Positions 1 to 9,149 of a stretch of 57,842 bases of DNA are shown piece by piece; the stretch's first letter is position 1, and each line of letters starts with the position of its first letter. The DNA comes from Candidatus Binataceae bacterium (GTDB taxonomy: Bacteria; Desulfobacterota; Binatia; Binatales; Binataceae). The stretch covers positions 1 through 57,842 of the forward strand of contig DATJUF010000243.1 of assembly GCA_035502655.1 (NCBI GenBank). The letters run 5' to 3'. Made by a program: the position numbers and the translations under genes. The notes beneath the pieces are model-generated. The model searched no databases and was not told the DNA's origin. It was given only the letters and a program-made list of their open reading frames with translations.

Positions 1-243
1 AATGAAGCCGGTGCCAGCGAGGCTCAGGGTTGCTTTGAGCGGGCGATCGCGGCTGCGGTCAATCAGGGGGCGAAATCGTATCAACTGCGCGCGTCGATGA
101 GTCTCGCGCGCCTGCTGCGCGATACGGGCCGCCACAACGAAGCACGCGCGACGCTCGGTGAAATATATGGATGGTTCACAGAAGGCTTCGACACGGAGGA
201 TCTGAAGGAGGCTAAAGCATTGCTCGACGAATTGGGAGCATAA
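1..243 (+). CDS. 3' end of a large TPR/STAND-type regulator (5' part lies outside the window)
   Basis: Frame 1 is open from base 1 to TAA at 241-243. The tail ...LLRDTGRHNEARATLGEIYGWFTEGFDTEDLKEAKALLDELGA resembles the conserved C-terminus of bacterial AAA-ATPase/TPR regulators. Confidence 0.5.
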   Translation, partial: NEAGASEAQGCFERAIAAAVNQGAKSYQLRASMSLARLLRDTGRHNEARATLGEIYGWFTEGFDTEDLKEAKALLDELGA

Positions 244-340
244 AGGACAGAGGCTATGATTCAGAAGTGCCCCCGGCGAGATTCAGATTCTCAGGCGGGA
301 CGCTCGCAGCCTCGCAACGGTGCGGCTTCGCAAGCGAGGC

Positions 341-1216
341 TTATCCAGAGGTGCGGCGGGCAGTAACCCATCCGCTGCCGCGGAACCACGGAGCCCGCAG
401 CCATGGGGCGGGGCCGCATCGCGCGAGCTCATGTTCGCTGCATACCAGCTCGTCGCCGCGGGTAATGCTGCAGGTCCATTCGCCAACATCGACGACATGC
501 AGGAACATCATCGTGTTGTAGCTGATGGTTTCCTGCAGATTGATCGTTTGTCCATGTGCGCCAGTGACATTCCATCGCTGGGATACGCGGCCCGGATATT
601 TCCCCCGGGCCATGATCAAGGTCAGGGGCTGATTGCCGACGCGCCGAAAACACCATCGAAGCCTGACGGGGGTGTTGGCGCCCGATGCGAGATTGGGGCA
701 TCCGCCAAGATACTGAATGCTCGAACCTCCGCTACCGGCCCAGCATCCCTCGATTGCCCGAGGAACCCAGATCGTCTGACCCCCGCTGCCGATAACGGGC
801 AGGCGGTCTGCTGAGGCTGGAGGCTGCGCGCGCGAAAGCGTCAACTCGTTTGCTGTCGATGGCGGTGATGACGGCGCAGCCGGTTTGACCGGATTCAGGA
901 CCACGACGTTGCCGCTGGACGGGGGGATGGGCTTAGGCAATTGAGCCGCCGGTTTTGGCAATTGGGGCGCCGGCGGGCGCACTGGGGCGGCGGGATTGGG
1001 CTCGGGCAGAACAAGGCTGGCGGCGGGCTGGCCGGTACCTGAAGCCGGAGCAGGCGGACTCGCCGATTGCGCCTCGTTGTCGCCGGCTGTGACGAAAATC
1101 TGGGACGGAATGAGTGAGCCGCGGTACCATTCATAACCAGCGCCGAAACCGATGCCGACGGCGAACAGGAGCACTAGCAGTCCGGCTAATTTGAGCAGGC
1201 GGCGGCTTCGCCTCAT
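341..1216 (-). CDS. membrane-anchored proline-rich protein, function unknown
   Basis: 291-aa ORF. The N-terminus MRRSRRLLKLAGLLVLLFAVGIGFGAGY is a TM anchor. It is followed by a Pro/Ala-rich linker (QLPKPAAQLPKP) and a Cys-containing globular C-terminal domain. Confidence 0.65.
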   Translation of the reverse strand: MRRSRRLLKLAGLLVLLFAVGIGFGAGYEWYRGSLIPSQIFVTAGDNEAQSASPPAPASGTGQPAASLVLPEPNPAAPVRPPAPQLPKPAAQLPKPIPPSSGNVVVLNPVKPAAPSSPPSTANELTLSRAQPPASADRLPVIGSGGQTIWVPRAIEGCWAGSGGSSIQYLGGCPNLASGANTPVRLRWCFRRVGNQPLTLIMARGKYPGRVSQRWNVTGAHGQTINLQETISYNTMMFLHVVDVGEWTCSITRGDELVCSEHELARCGPAPWLRAPWFRGSGWVTARRTSG

Positions 1217-1450
1217 TTGACGATTGCTGCAGGACGGCTATGGCAACCGCTTTTTCGAGCGTAAGCAGAAGCTATGATTGCTGGTGGTTCCATGAGAGCG
1301 CAGCCATAGCGATCGCTCGTGTACGCTGCTTGCAATGAAAGCCTCGCTGCGTCAGACAGAAAGTCTAACGCTTCAAATATGAGAAACAAAGCGTGGGCCT
1401 GCTCAAGCGGCCGTCCGCCGGCTGATAGAAGCGCGGGCGGTTGGTGGCAC

Positions 1451-1527
1451 TGGTTGCGGGGAAGGGATTTGAACCCTTGACCTCCGGGTTATGAGCCCGG
1501 CGAGCTACCAGACTGCTCCACCCCGCC
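1451..1527 (-). tRNA. initiator tRNA-Met (anticodon CAT)
   Basis: The reverse complement reads GGCGGGGTGGAGCAGTCTGGTAGCTCGCCGGGCTCATAACCCGGAGGTCAAGGGTTCAAATCCCTTCCCCGCAACCA (77 nt). It is near-identical in layout to E. coli tRNA-fMet. It has three G:C pairs closing the anticodon stem, an unpaired 1:72 position (G.A) and an encoded CCA. Confidence 0.93.
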
Positions 1528-1759
1528 GGCGCATAGTAGCGGCCAGCTATCCGGGTGGTCAATACGATGTAACGTCCGGGCAATGGGTGGACCTTACGGG
1601 CGGAGGCATGAGCGAAACGTGGGTCAATACAAAACGTTTAGGCCTGGAAAGAAGCACCGATCAGGCGGATGGATTCAGGAAGCCGCCAGTTTCAATGGCA
1701 CCGGATAAAGACAAGGCATAAAAGCTCGCCCTCCCGCTCTTATACCGTCCGCGACGACG

Positions 1760-2728
1760 TTAATCGGTGCGGTGCCAGGCGGAATCGGGATTGAACGAGG
1801 TGATAGCCGGGGCGAGGCGGGCAGTTTGCGGGCCAAGGTCACGCTCGTAGATGGAGCCGTCAGGGCCCGCGAGGAAAGTCATCACACCGGAGGATCGATA
1901 TTTGGCTGGATAGGCGAGAACCGCGAAGCCATTGGTCATCTTGCCGCTGGAGATGTAGCTCTTGCTGCCGCCGGCGGCATGAGGCCCTTGGCGGTCAAGG
2001 ATGCGGAAATAATACCCCTGGACGGGAATTGGCTTGCCCGGTTGGGGTTTATAACCCTCCGAGTAAGCGGCGGCGGCCAAATCACCCATTGGGCCAGCGG
2101 GTTTGCCGTCCGCCGATGCCCATGCCAAGCCGTTGTGCTGGCCGGGATCGCTAAGCAGCCTCGCCGTGTATTCTCTGGCTCCGCCAGCGGCGCTGCCGTA
2201 GTAGTCATGTTCGGCAGAAACGATTGCGTGCAGTATATCGATTGCGGCGTTTTCATTAGCGCCGACTCGCCGATAGATGAATTCCTGCTTGCCGTAGGCC
2301 GTATCGAAATACCATCCGGAAGGGCCGTGGACGAGCGGGATCGGCATCGGCCAGTTGTTCGCACCGACCAGCAGATAGAGTTTGCTATCGGGACCGATGC
2401 GGAAACGATGCATCTGTTTGTAGGCGGCGAGAAACGTCTTGACCTCGTTGGCGTCTTCGACCGGATCGCCGGAGTTGAGCAGGCCTTTGCCGTCTTTGCC
2501 GAAAATGGTGAGCAGCGCGGGGCGATCGTTGGCCGTCAGCGCGGCCACGGTTGCGGCCGCGGCGTCGCCAGGCGTAGCAAAAACTTTTTGGCCGGGTTCG
2601 GCCGCGGCGATGCCCAGAGGTGTGCGCCCCAAGGCGGCCATAATGAAGACGGCCAGTAAGCTGGTCAGGGCGAGCAAGCGATAGTATCGGCGAGCGATCA
2701 GCTGACTATGATTTAGGCGCATGGGCAT
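1760..2728 (-). CDS. DUF2950-family secreted protein
   Basis: Start chosen at MPMRLNHSQ..., with GGAG-like GAGGGAGA upstream. The longer track ORF overlaps the upstream gene. A TM/signal segment is followed by ...YLLVGANNWPMPIPLV...GYYFRIL...FAVLAYPAKYRSSGVMTF, typical of DUF2950. It sits next to its usual DUF3300 partner. Confidence 0.85.
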   Translation of the reverse strand: MPMRLNHSQLIARRYYRLLALTSLLAVFIMAALGRTPLGIAAAEPGQKVFATPGDAAAATVAALTANDRPALLTIFGKDGKGLLNSGDPVEDANEVKTFLAAYKQMHRFRIGPDSKLYLLVGANNWPMPIPLVHGPSGWYFDTAYGKQEFIYRRVGANENAAIDILHAIVSAEHDYYGSAAGGAREYTARLLSDPGQHNGLAWASADGKPAGPMGDLAAAAYSEGYKPQPGKPIPVQGYYFRILDRQGPHAAGGSKSYISSGKMTNGFAVLAYPAKYRSSGVMTFLAGPDGSIYERDLGPQTARLAPAITSFNPDSAWHRTD

Positions 2729-2753
2729 ATTCTCCCTCGAGGATTGAAGATGA

Positions 2754-3914
2754 CTAGCGGCGAAAACCACTTCGGCTGAAGTGGCCGGTTCCACCGAAGC
2801 GTCCGCCTCCGCCAAAACTGGAACGGCCGCGGGAGGCATTGGCCCAGGCTTCGCCGCCGGGCTTGTATCCGCCGAACGCGCTGTTGGGACGCGAGCCGCC
2901 GAAGCGGTTATCGGCCGTGCCGGGATGGCCAGGATCATTACGTGCGTAGTTATTATGGGTGCTGGCGTAGTTAGTACGGCTGCTGTGCAAGTTATTTGCG
3001 TGATTCACGTTGTTGTTATTGAAATTAGAGTGATTATAGGCGCTGTTATTCCAATTGGCGGGATGGGTATTCCAGTTGGGATGGCTAGAGTTATTCCAAT
3101 TAGTATGATTGTTATTCCAATTGACAGTGTTCCAATTGTCACGATGATAGACGTTGTTATTCGAGACGTAGACGTTGTGGTTGTAGGTAACATTGCCGCC
3201 GCCATTCCAGTTGCATCCCCAATGACTTGAGCCCCATCCGTCGCTGTCAGCAATGAGCGCGCCGACGGCGACGCCGGCGCCGAAGCCGAGGAGTCCGGTG
3301 AGGGCGAGATCGGTGCTAGTGTAACCGGCAGGAGCGGCGACCGGAGCGCCATAAGCGACGGCCGGATTGTATTCGGGAACGTAAATGACCTGAGGATTGG
3401 CAGGCTGAATGATGATGGTCTGGCCTTCCTGCGTGACAGTTTGCTGTGAGGTGGTTTTGAGATTGCCAGCAGATTGTGCGCGGGCGCGCATCACCTGAAC
3501 GGCCTTAAGAACGTCCTGCGGATAGTTATAGTAGGCATCGCCGAGAGTAGAGGTCCATGACAAGTTGTTATTCAGATTATCAAGGATAGAGGGAAAGGCC
3601 GTAAGCGATTTGACACTCGGGTCCCATGGCTGCTGACTGGCGGCTTGGGCAATTTGCGCGGCAGATTGGCCCTTCTGGCTATCGATCCAGCGATCGGCCT
3701 CGACAATCTGGGTCGGGTAGGTCGAAGCGGCAAGAATCTGGGCAACCAGCGTGTCGGGATAGAGGGCGATCGGTGAAACAAGCTGTTGGAGTTGAGCCGC
3801 GCTCGGCTGCGGCGATGCGGCAGGTGTTTCAGGCGCGGCAAGGAGCGGCGATGGCAAAAAATAAAACAACTGCGCGGAAATCAGCGCAAATAGCAATATC
3901 GATTTGAAGCGCAT
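2754..3914 (-). CDS. DUF3300-family secreted protein with an Asn/Trp/His-rich repeat tail
   Basis: Signal peptide MRFKSILLFALISAQLFYFLPSPLLAAP. The DUF3300 signature LVSPIALYPDTLVAQILAASTYPTQIVEADRWI is present. The C-terminal third is low-complexity (NWN repeats, then a Gly/Arg-rich end). Confidence 0.88.
   Translation of the reverse strand: MRFKSILLFALISAQLFYFLPSPLLAAPETPAASPQPSAAQLQQLVSPIALYPDTLVAQILAASTYPTQIVEADRWIDSQKGQSAAQIAQAASQQPWDPSVKSLTAFPSILDNLNNNLSWTSTLGDAYYNYPQDVLKAVQVMRARAQSAGNLKTTSQQTVTQEGQTIIIQPANPQVIYVPEYNPAVAYGAPVAAPAGYTSTDLALTGLLGFGAGVAVGALIADSDGWGSSHWGCNWNGGGNVTYNHNVYVSNNNVYHRDNWNTVNWNNNHTNWNNSSHPNWNTHPANWNNSAYNHSNFNNNNVNHANNLHSSRTNYASTHNNYARNDPGHPGTADNRFGGSRPNSAFGGYKPGGEAWANASRGRSSFGGGGRFGGTGHFSRSGFRR
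2937..3224 (-). repeat. degenerate coding repeat (ttattccaatt-type units) encoding an NWN-rich tail
   Basis: Repeated gttattccaatt / ggtattccagtt / gttccaattg units form a locally AT-rich patch. They translate to six NWN motifs within about 96 residues. Confidence 0.8.
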
Positions 3915-4377
3915 TATTTCAGTCCCCCTGAAGATGCTGGCGCGAGGCGATGACTGATTAAGCCCTCGCGGATTTCAAGGCACAGTTAAAGCGCCGAAAG
4001 TGAGTCGCACTCTGACGCTGCGGCGCTCAAGCATACATACAGGCAGATAAAGAGACAATCGAAACTTGCTAGCGGCAGTTAGGATGATTGGGGCAGCGGT
4101 GGTGAAGCGGATTGGAACAATAGATGATTGCATTAACCGGCTGTAGGTTCGCGAGAGCGGCGAAGATCCGCCATGTGTGAAGTGAAAATCTATTCGCGCG
4201 ATATCACAACAGGTTGCCGCTGGAAGCCTGGCCGGACTGAGTAAGGGGCCGGAATTGAGCTGCGAAAATAAAAAGTCCCGCTGCCATGAACTCCAAATAG
4301 AATAGCCATGGCTTCAACGTTTCGGGTTGTGGGATATTAAGACTACTTAAAAACAAAATGTTAGGAGCGTACTGACA

Positions 4378-4902
4378 ATGAAGCGTCTGGTTCCGATCGG
4401 TCTAGCGATTTTACTCATATTTACGGCGACGCCGGCGCTGGCGAAGGACCTGGTCCAAAATGAAACGGCCGGTCCTTACCGTCTGAAGCTTGAGCTGTTG
4501 CCGCCCGAGCAATTCTATACTGCAAAACAGGTCTCCACGGACGAAGCGAAGGCGGGAGGCATGCTCATTCTTGGCGGCGCCGAGCCAGTCCAGCCCGATG
4601 CCTCGTCGCATCCTGATCATCATCTGATCGTCCACGTCTACGATAAAGCGACTCATCAGCCGCTCCAGGATGCCAAGGTGCAGCTTACATTGCAGCGCCT
4701 AAACAGCGAGGGACAGCCAATCGGCAAAGCCGAGGCAGTGCCAGTGGTGAAAATGCAAGCGATCGCGAGCAAGGACGGCAAGGACGCCGGCATTGTTCGA
4801 TCGACCCATTACGGCAACAACGTTACGCTGGCGCCCGGCGACTACCGGATTGTTGCGGACGCGAACGGCCACAAAGCAACCTTCACGATCGATGTAAGTT
4901 GA
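4378..4902 (+). CDS. secreted protein, possibly a periplasmic metal (Fe2+)-binding Tp34/P19-like fold
   Basis: AGGAG RBS before the ATG. Signal peptide MKRLVPIGLAILLIFTATPALA. HPDHHLIVHVYD...THYGNNVTLAPGDYRIV resembles the PF10634-type pattern. Function is tentative. Confidence 0.7.
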   Translation: MKRLVPIGLAILLIFTATPALAKDLVQNETAGPYRLKLELLPPEQFYTAKQVSTDEAKAGGMLILGGAEPVQPDASSHPDHHLIVHVYDKATHQPLQDAKVQLTLQRLNSEGQPIGKAEAVPVVKMQAIASKDGKDAGIVRSTHYGNNVTLAPGDYRIVADANGHKATFTIDVS

Positions 4903-5076
4903 TGATGGCCGGCTGGTGAAGATTCAAAGGGTAGCGGCACCTTGGCAGGTTGCCGAAAAGGGAGTTTCAAGCTCGCGATCGTATTAATCCCTTACTCTCC
5001 GCGAGAACAGTTGTCCGCAACCGGTTAATGATCTGCTCGATGCGGCGCCGGCCTCATAACATGAGCCGGCGCGGCG

Positions 5077-6471
5077 TCAGGCCTTGGCTTCACTACCCGG
5101 GGTTGTGGCTTGTTGTTCTTCTTCTTCGGCCTTGAGCCAGTTGTAGAGAGTTTTAAGCGAAATGCCGAGAAGACGCGCGGCCTCGGATTTATTGCCATTG
5201 GCAAAGGCGATTGTGCGCTGTGCGAGTTCCATCTCGACGTTGTGCAAGGGGGTGCCGATGGTGATTTCAAAGACTGGGCGGGACTCGCTGCGCTTTGGAG
5301 TCAGATGGGGCGGAAGATCCTCGAGCGAGATCAGGGGTCCGCGGGTGACAATGAGAGCACGTTCCATGACGTTGCGCAGTTCGCGGATATTGCCGGGCCA
5401 TGCATAGGCCTTCAAGGCTTCGAGGCAATCGGGCTCGAGGCCCGTGACGGATTTGTTGGAGGGCGATTCAAGCTGAGTGAGGAAGTGCTCGATAAAAAGC
5501 GGGATATCCTCCCTACGTTCGCGCAGCGGTGGCAACTGGAGCGTGAAAACGTTAAGGCGATAGTAGAGGTCATCGCGGAAAGTACCGTCAGAGATGGCGG
5601 TGTCGAGATTGCGGTTGGAGGCGGCGAGGACGCGAACGTCGACGCTGATTTCGTTGCTGCCTCCGACGCGGCGCAGCTTGCGATCCTCGAGCACACGCAG
5701 GAGCTTGGCCTGCAAGTCGGTTTTCATCTCGCCGATTTCGTCGAGGAACAGGGTACCGCCCTCCGCCAGCTCAAAGCACCCGGCGCGCCGCTTGTCGGCC
5801 CCGGTGAAGGCGCCGCGTTCATGGCCGAAGAGCTCACTCTCGATTAGCGTATCCGGAATAGCGGCGCAATTAAGAGGGATAAAGGGACCGTCGTGACGGG
5901 CGGAAAGTTCATGGATGGTGCGGGCGACGATTTCCTTGCCAGTGCCACTTTCGCCAGCGATAAGAACGGAAGCGGAGCTGGGCGCGACCTGGTCAATGAG
6001 GGCCATCACACGGCGCATCGGGAGCGAGCGGCCAATCAGGGAGCCGAGCTTGCCAGCGTCGGCGAGATGCCGGCGCAGCCGTTGATTTTCCTCGCTCAGC
6101 TTGACGTGAGAGGTCAAGTTCTTCAGGAGGATTTGCAACCGGTCAAGGTCCACAGGCTTGGTAAGATAGTCATAGGCGCCGAGCTTGATGGCGCGGACGG
6201 CATCATCAATTTGGCCGACGCCGGAAATCATAACGGTGGCGAAATTGAGGCCGCGCTCCTTCATCGCGGATAGCAGATCGAGGCCGTTGCGCCGCGGCAT
6301 CTGCAAATCGCAAAGCAGGACATGGGGCTGAAGCGTTTCGACGGCCTGGAGCGCCTTTTCGCCGTCTTCGGCAAAAGAGGAGTCGTAGCCCCATCCAGCG
6401 AGCGTTTCGCGCCAATCGTCCTGAGCGGTTAGGTCATCGTCGGCTATAAGAATTCTGTATTTGCCTGCCAC
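5077..6471 (-). CDS. sigma-54-dependent response regulator (NtrC family enhancer-binding protein)
   Basis: Receiver domain (ILIADDD...LLCDLQMP...KLGAYDYLTKP). AAA+ sigma-54 interaction domain (GESGTGKE, GAFTGA, ...LYYRLNV). C-terminal Fis-type HTH. Start placed at GTG 6469-6471 after GAGGAA, because the 95 codons upstream in the track ORF look non-coding. Confidence 0.9.
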   Translation of the reverse strand: MAGKYRILIADDDLTAQDDWRETLAGWGYDSSFAEDGEKALQAVETLQPHVLLCDLQMPRRNGLDLLSAMKERGLNFATVMISGVGQIDDAVRAIKLGAYDYLTKPVDLDRLQILLKNLTSHVKLSEENQRLRRHLADAGKLGSLIGRSLPMRRVMALIDQVAPSSASVLIAGESGTGKEIVARTIHELSARHDGPFIPLNCAAIPDTLIESELFGHERGAFTGADKRRAGCFELAEGGTLFLDEIGEMKTDLQAKLLRVLEDRKLRRVGGSNEISVDVRVLAASNRNLDTAISDGTFRDDLYYRLNVFTLQLPPLRERREDIPLFIEHFLTQLESPSNKSVTGLEPDCLEALKAYAWPGNIRELRNVMERALIVTRGPLISLEDLPPHLTPKRSESRPVFEITIGTPLHNVEMELAQRTIAFANGNKSEAARLLGISLKTLYNWLKAEEEEQQATTPGSEAKA

Positions 6472-6687
6472 GGTTACGATTTCCTCTGCTTGCTGGAGGA
6501 TAGCACAAAATTGATAGTGAACCGCTGGACTAGAAGATAAGGGCGATGGCCGCGAATGCAAGGGCGCCTGAAAGCCGCGGAGATTAAAAGAGAAGGAGGT
6601 GCGACGAGCACCCTGAGAGCCAGTAGAAGGTGCGGTTGCGACAATGAGAACAGGCTGGGCCACAGGCAACATGGCGTGAGCGGCTCT

Positions 6688-6703
6688 TGGAATGGTACAT
6701 GCT
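6688..6703 (+). promoter_or_regulatory. candidate sigma-54 (-24/-12) promoter upstream of the histidine kinase
   Basis: TGGAATGGTACATGCT has GG and GC exactly 12 nt apart, as in TGGCAC-N5-TTGCW. It lies about 53 nt upstream of ATG 6756 and next to a sigma-54 activator gene. Confidence 0.3.
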
Positions 6704-6755
6704 GAATCGAATAATCGTGACAGGAGCAGATTTGGCATCGTGGGATTAAAGGGCA

Positions 6756-8963
6756 ATGGAGCGGGCGCCTGTCCATAATTTAGAAGATTGCCTGGCGCAT
6801 GAAAGTGAGGCTGGCCAGATTGCTCGCGGCGTGAATTGGACTGCGACGCCTTTGGGGCCAGCGGCGCGTTGGAGTTCAGGCTTAAAGGCAGCGGTGGCGA
6901 GTTGTCTCGGATCGCGATGGCCGACGGTCATAATGTGGGGGCCGGAACTGATTTGCCTGTATAATGACGCCTACAGCGAAATAATTATGCAAAAGCATCC
7001 GCGGGCGATGGGGCTGCCTGCGCGGGAAGTTTTCGCAGAGTTGTGGGAGGACGTGGAGCCGTTTATCGAGCAGGCGAGGTTCAGCGGTGACGCTATGCGC
7101 TATGCCGATCAGCGGCTTGAGATAGAACGGCGGGGATTCCTTGAAGAGGCGTATTTCACTTTTTCAGTAACGCCGGTCAAAAACACAACTGGTGTGGTCG
7201 AGGGACTGGTTCTGCCAGTCCACGAAACGACGCCAAAGGTTCTCAGCCGAAGACGCCTCAAAACGCTGCGCGATCTGCTGGGAGCGGCGAAGGAAGGCGA
7301 AGCCCCGGAAGAGGTGTGCCAATGGGCGGCGCGGGCGCTGAGGGAAAATCCGGGCGATATCCCTTACGCATTAATTTATCTGAACGAAGGGGCGAGCAGC
7401 GGATTGACAGCAGCGGCGGGAGTGCCGCTGCGAATTATGGAGCATATCGGCAAGACGCCATTAGACACGGCGAAGTTGCAGCGTCAGGCAGAGTCGAGAA
7501 ATAGCGGGGAATTGCTGCGGATAGAATCGATTTTACCGATGGCGGCCGGAAGCAAGGGATGGCTGGGATGGGACTATCGGAGCGTTGTGATTCCGCTCGT
7601 GACGGTGGAGCCGCCACAGCCTAGCGGATACCTGGTGGCGGGCTTGAGTCCGCTGCTGCGGTTTGACGATGAATACCGGGATTTTCTTGAGCTGATTGGG
7701 GGACAGCTTGGGCGAATGATTGCTGGCGGCAGGGCGGTCGAAGAAGCGCAAATTATCGATGGGCTATTGCGGTTCGACCGCCTCTCCGGCCCGAACCTGG
7801 ATCGAATCATTGGGACATTGACGAGCGAGGCACAGGGGCTCTGCAATGCAGATTTTGCGGCTTTCTTCGCAATCGGCGAAGGAGGGCCAGAGGATGCGGC
7901 GCTTAGCGCGTCGGTGGTGACGGGCACGGCCCCTGTGGGCTGGGAAAGAATGATGGCGGGGTTCCTTGCGGCTGTGGGAGGGCGTGGCCGCAATCCCGGC
8001 AGGAATCGCAGGAAATATACGGCGCCGCAAGAACGGACACATAGCTGGTTAATAATGCCGGTAACATCAGCAAGCGGCTGGTTTCATGGCAGTCTGGTGC
8101 TCGGCAGGGAAGAGACAAACAAGTTCGGGCCGAGACATGAGAGGCTACTTACGGGCCTGTTGGCGCACGGCTCAATCGCGATTGACAATGCAAAATTGCT
8201 GATCATGGAACGCACGGCCCATCAGAGTTTGGACCGAGCCCTTGCGATAAGAAACAACTTTCTTTCGGTGGCGACGCATGAGCTGCGTAATCCACTTAAT
8301 TCATTGAATCTGCGGCTCAATATACTGAAGCGCGAAATCAACTCGCTGACCGATACAGAGAATGAAGGAAAAGAGCTTGACGGGCACGTCGAAAAGGCGG
8401 CGGCGCAGATAAGGCGCATGTCGCAGTTACTGGATCGGTTACTGGATATAGCGCGAATAGCGTCGGGCCGGCTGCGGCTCGAGCCGCGCGAATACGATAT
8501 AGCGGAGCAGATCAGGCAGGTTGCCGGGCGGTTTAGTGGCCCGGCAGAATCCGGACAGCTGCAGGTCGCAGCAGTGAGTCCGGTTCAGGGGCGTTGGGAT
8601 CAAGCACGGGCCGAGCAGGTGATCAGCAACCTCATTTCCAATGCGATTAAGTATGGCGAAGGCAAGCCGATCCGGGTCTCGCTGCGGGCTTCGGAAGACG
8701 CGGTCGAGGTCGAGGTGGCGGATCACGGCAGAGGGATCAGAGCGGAAGATCAGGACCACGTATTTGAGCAATTCGAGCGAGTGGAAAGCGATGAGGCGAG
8801 AGGCGGATTCGGGCTGGGATTGTGGATCAGCCGTCAGATCGTCCATGCGATGGGTGGAGAGGTGAGTTTGCAGAGCCAACCTGGAGAGGGCGCAACCTTC
8901 GTGGTATGGCTGCCGCGGGGCAAGAAGGCACAGAATCGGGGTAAGCAGGAGACAGATAAGTAG
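6756..8963 (+). CDS. PAS/GAF sensor histidine kinase
   Basis: 735 aa. N-terminal PAS-like region (WGPELICLYNDAY...), a central GAF-like region, a HisKA H-box (FLSVATHELRNPLNSL) and HATPase_c (NLISNAIKYG, DHGRGI, GFGLGLWI). Confidence 0.9.
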   Translation: MERAPVHNLEDCLAHESEAGQIARGVNWTATPLGPAARWSSGLKAAVASCLGSRWPTVIMWGPELICLYNDAYSEIIMQKHPRAMGLPAREVFAELWEDVEPFIEQARFSGDAMRYADQRLEIERRGFLEEAYFTFSVTPVKNTTGVVEGLVLPVHETTPKVLSRRRLKTLRDLLGAAKEGEAPEEVCQWAARALRENPGDIPYALIYLNEGASSGLTAAAGVPLRIMEHIGKTPLDTAKLQRQAESRNSGELLRIESILPMAAGSKGWLGWDYRSVVIPLVTVEPPQPSGYLVAGLSPLLRFDDEYRDFLELIGGQLGRMIAGGRAVEEAQIIDGLLRFDRLSGPNLDRIIGTLTSEAQGLCNADFAAFFAIGEGGPEDAALSASVVTGTAPVGWERMMAGFLAAVGGRGRNPGRNRRKYTAPQERTHSWLIMPVTSASGWFHGSLVLGREETNKFGPRHERLLTGLLAHGSIAIDNAKLLIMERTAHQSLDRALAIRNNFLSVATHELRNPLNSLNLRLNILKREINSLTDTENEGKELDGHVEKAAAQIRRMSQLLDRLLDIARIASGRLRLEPREYDIAEQIRQVAGRFSGPAESGQLQVAAVSPVQGRWDQARAEQVISNLISNAIKYGEGKPIRVSLRASEDAVEVEVADHGRGIRAEDQDHVFEQFERVESDEARGGFGLGLWISRQIVHAMGGEVSLQSQPGEGATFVVWLPRGKKAQNRGKQETDK

Positions 8964-9149
8964 AGTGCGAATGGATGCAGCGAGGGGTGGGCGGAGCGTT
9001 ACTGAACGGCGCGCTGAGAGGCGGCCGCTAGGCAAGTGCCGAGCGTTAGCGAGGGCACAGAGCGCGACGGAAGGAAGGAGTAGCCAGCGGGCGCACAGGA
9101 CACGGCCTCGCGGATAAACCGGCGGTGCCAGTGGAAGTATAGGTGAAGG

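Noticed and set aside
1445-1460. TGGCAC...TTGC resembling a sigma-54 -24/-12 element
   Set aside because: The GG-to-GC spacing is 2 nt too short, and the sequence is the 3' acceptor/CCA end and flank of the tRNA gene.
1772-2659. 295-aa plus-strand ORF
   Set aside because: It is antisense to the DUF2950 gene, has no recognisable domain, and its composition is typical of a GC-rich antisense frame.
4309-4324. TGGCTT-N5-TTTCG upstream of the secreted-protein gene, as a possible sigma-54 promoter
   Set aside because: The invariant GC of the -12 element is replaced by TC. This is too weak to call.
5110-5847. 245-aa plus-strand ORF, plus several 60-130-aa ORFs between 5.0 and 6.8 kb
   Set aside because: They are antisense to, or out of frame with, the sigma-54 activator gene, whose AAA+ motifs are unambiguous.
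6472-6756. N-terminal 95-codon extension of the NtrC-like ORF (the track starts at 6756)
   Set aside because: The extension is Pro/Ser-rich and non-domain, and would abut the divergent kinase start. GTG 6471 has a GAGGAA RBS and sits right before the receiver domain. Similar upstream extensions were trimmed for 1760..2938, 20952..21971, 30353..31207, 38459..39736, 41716.., 51378.. and 54516..
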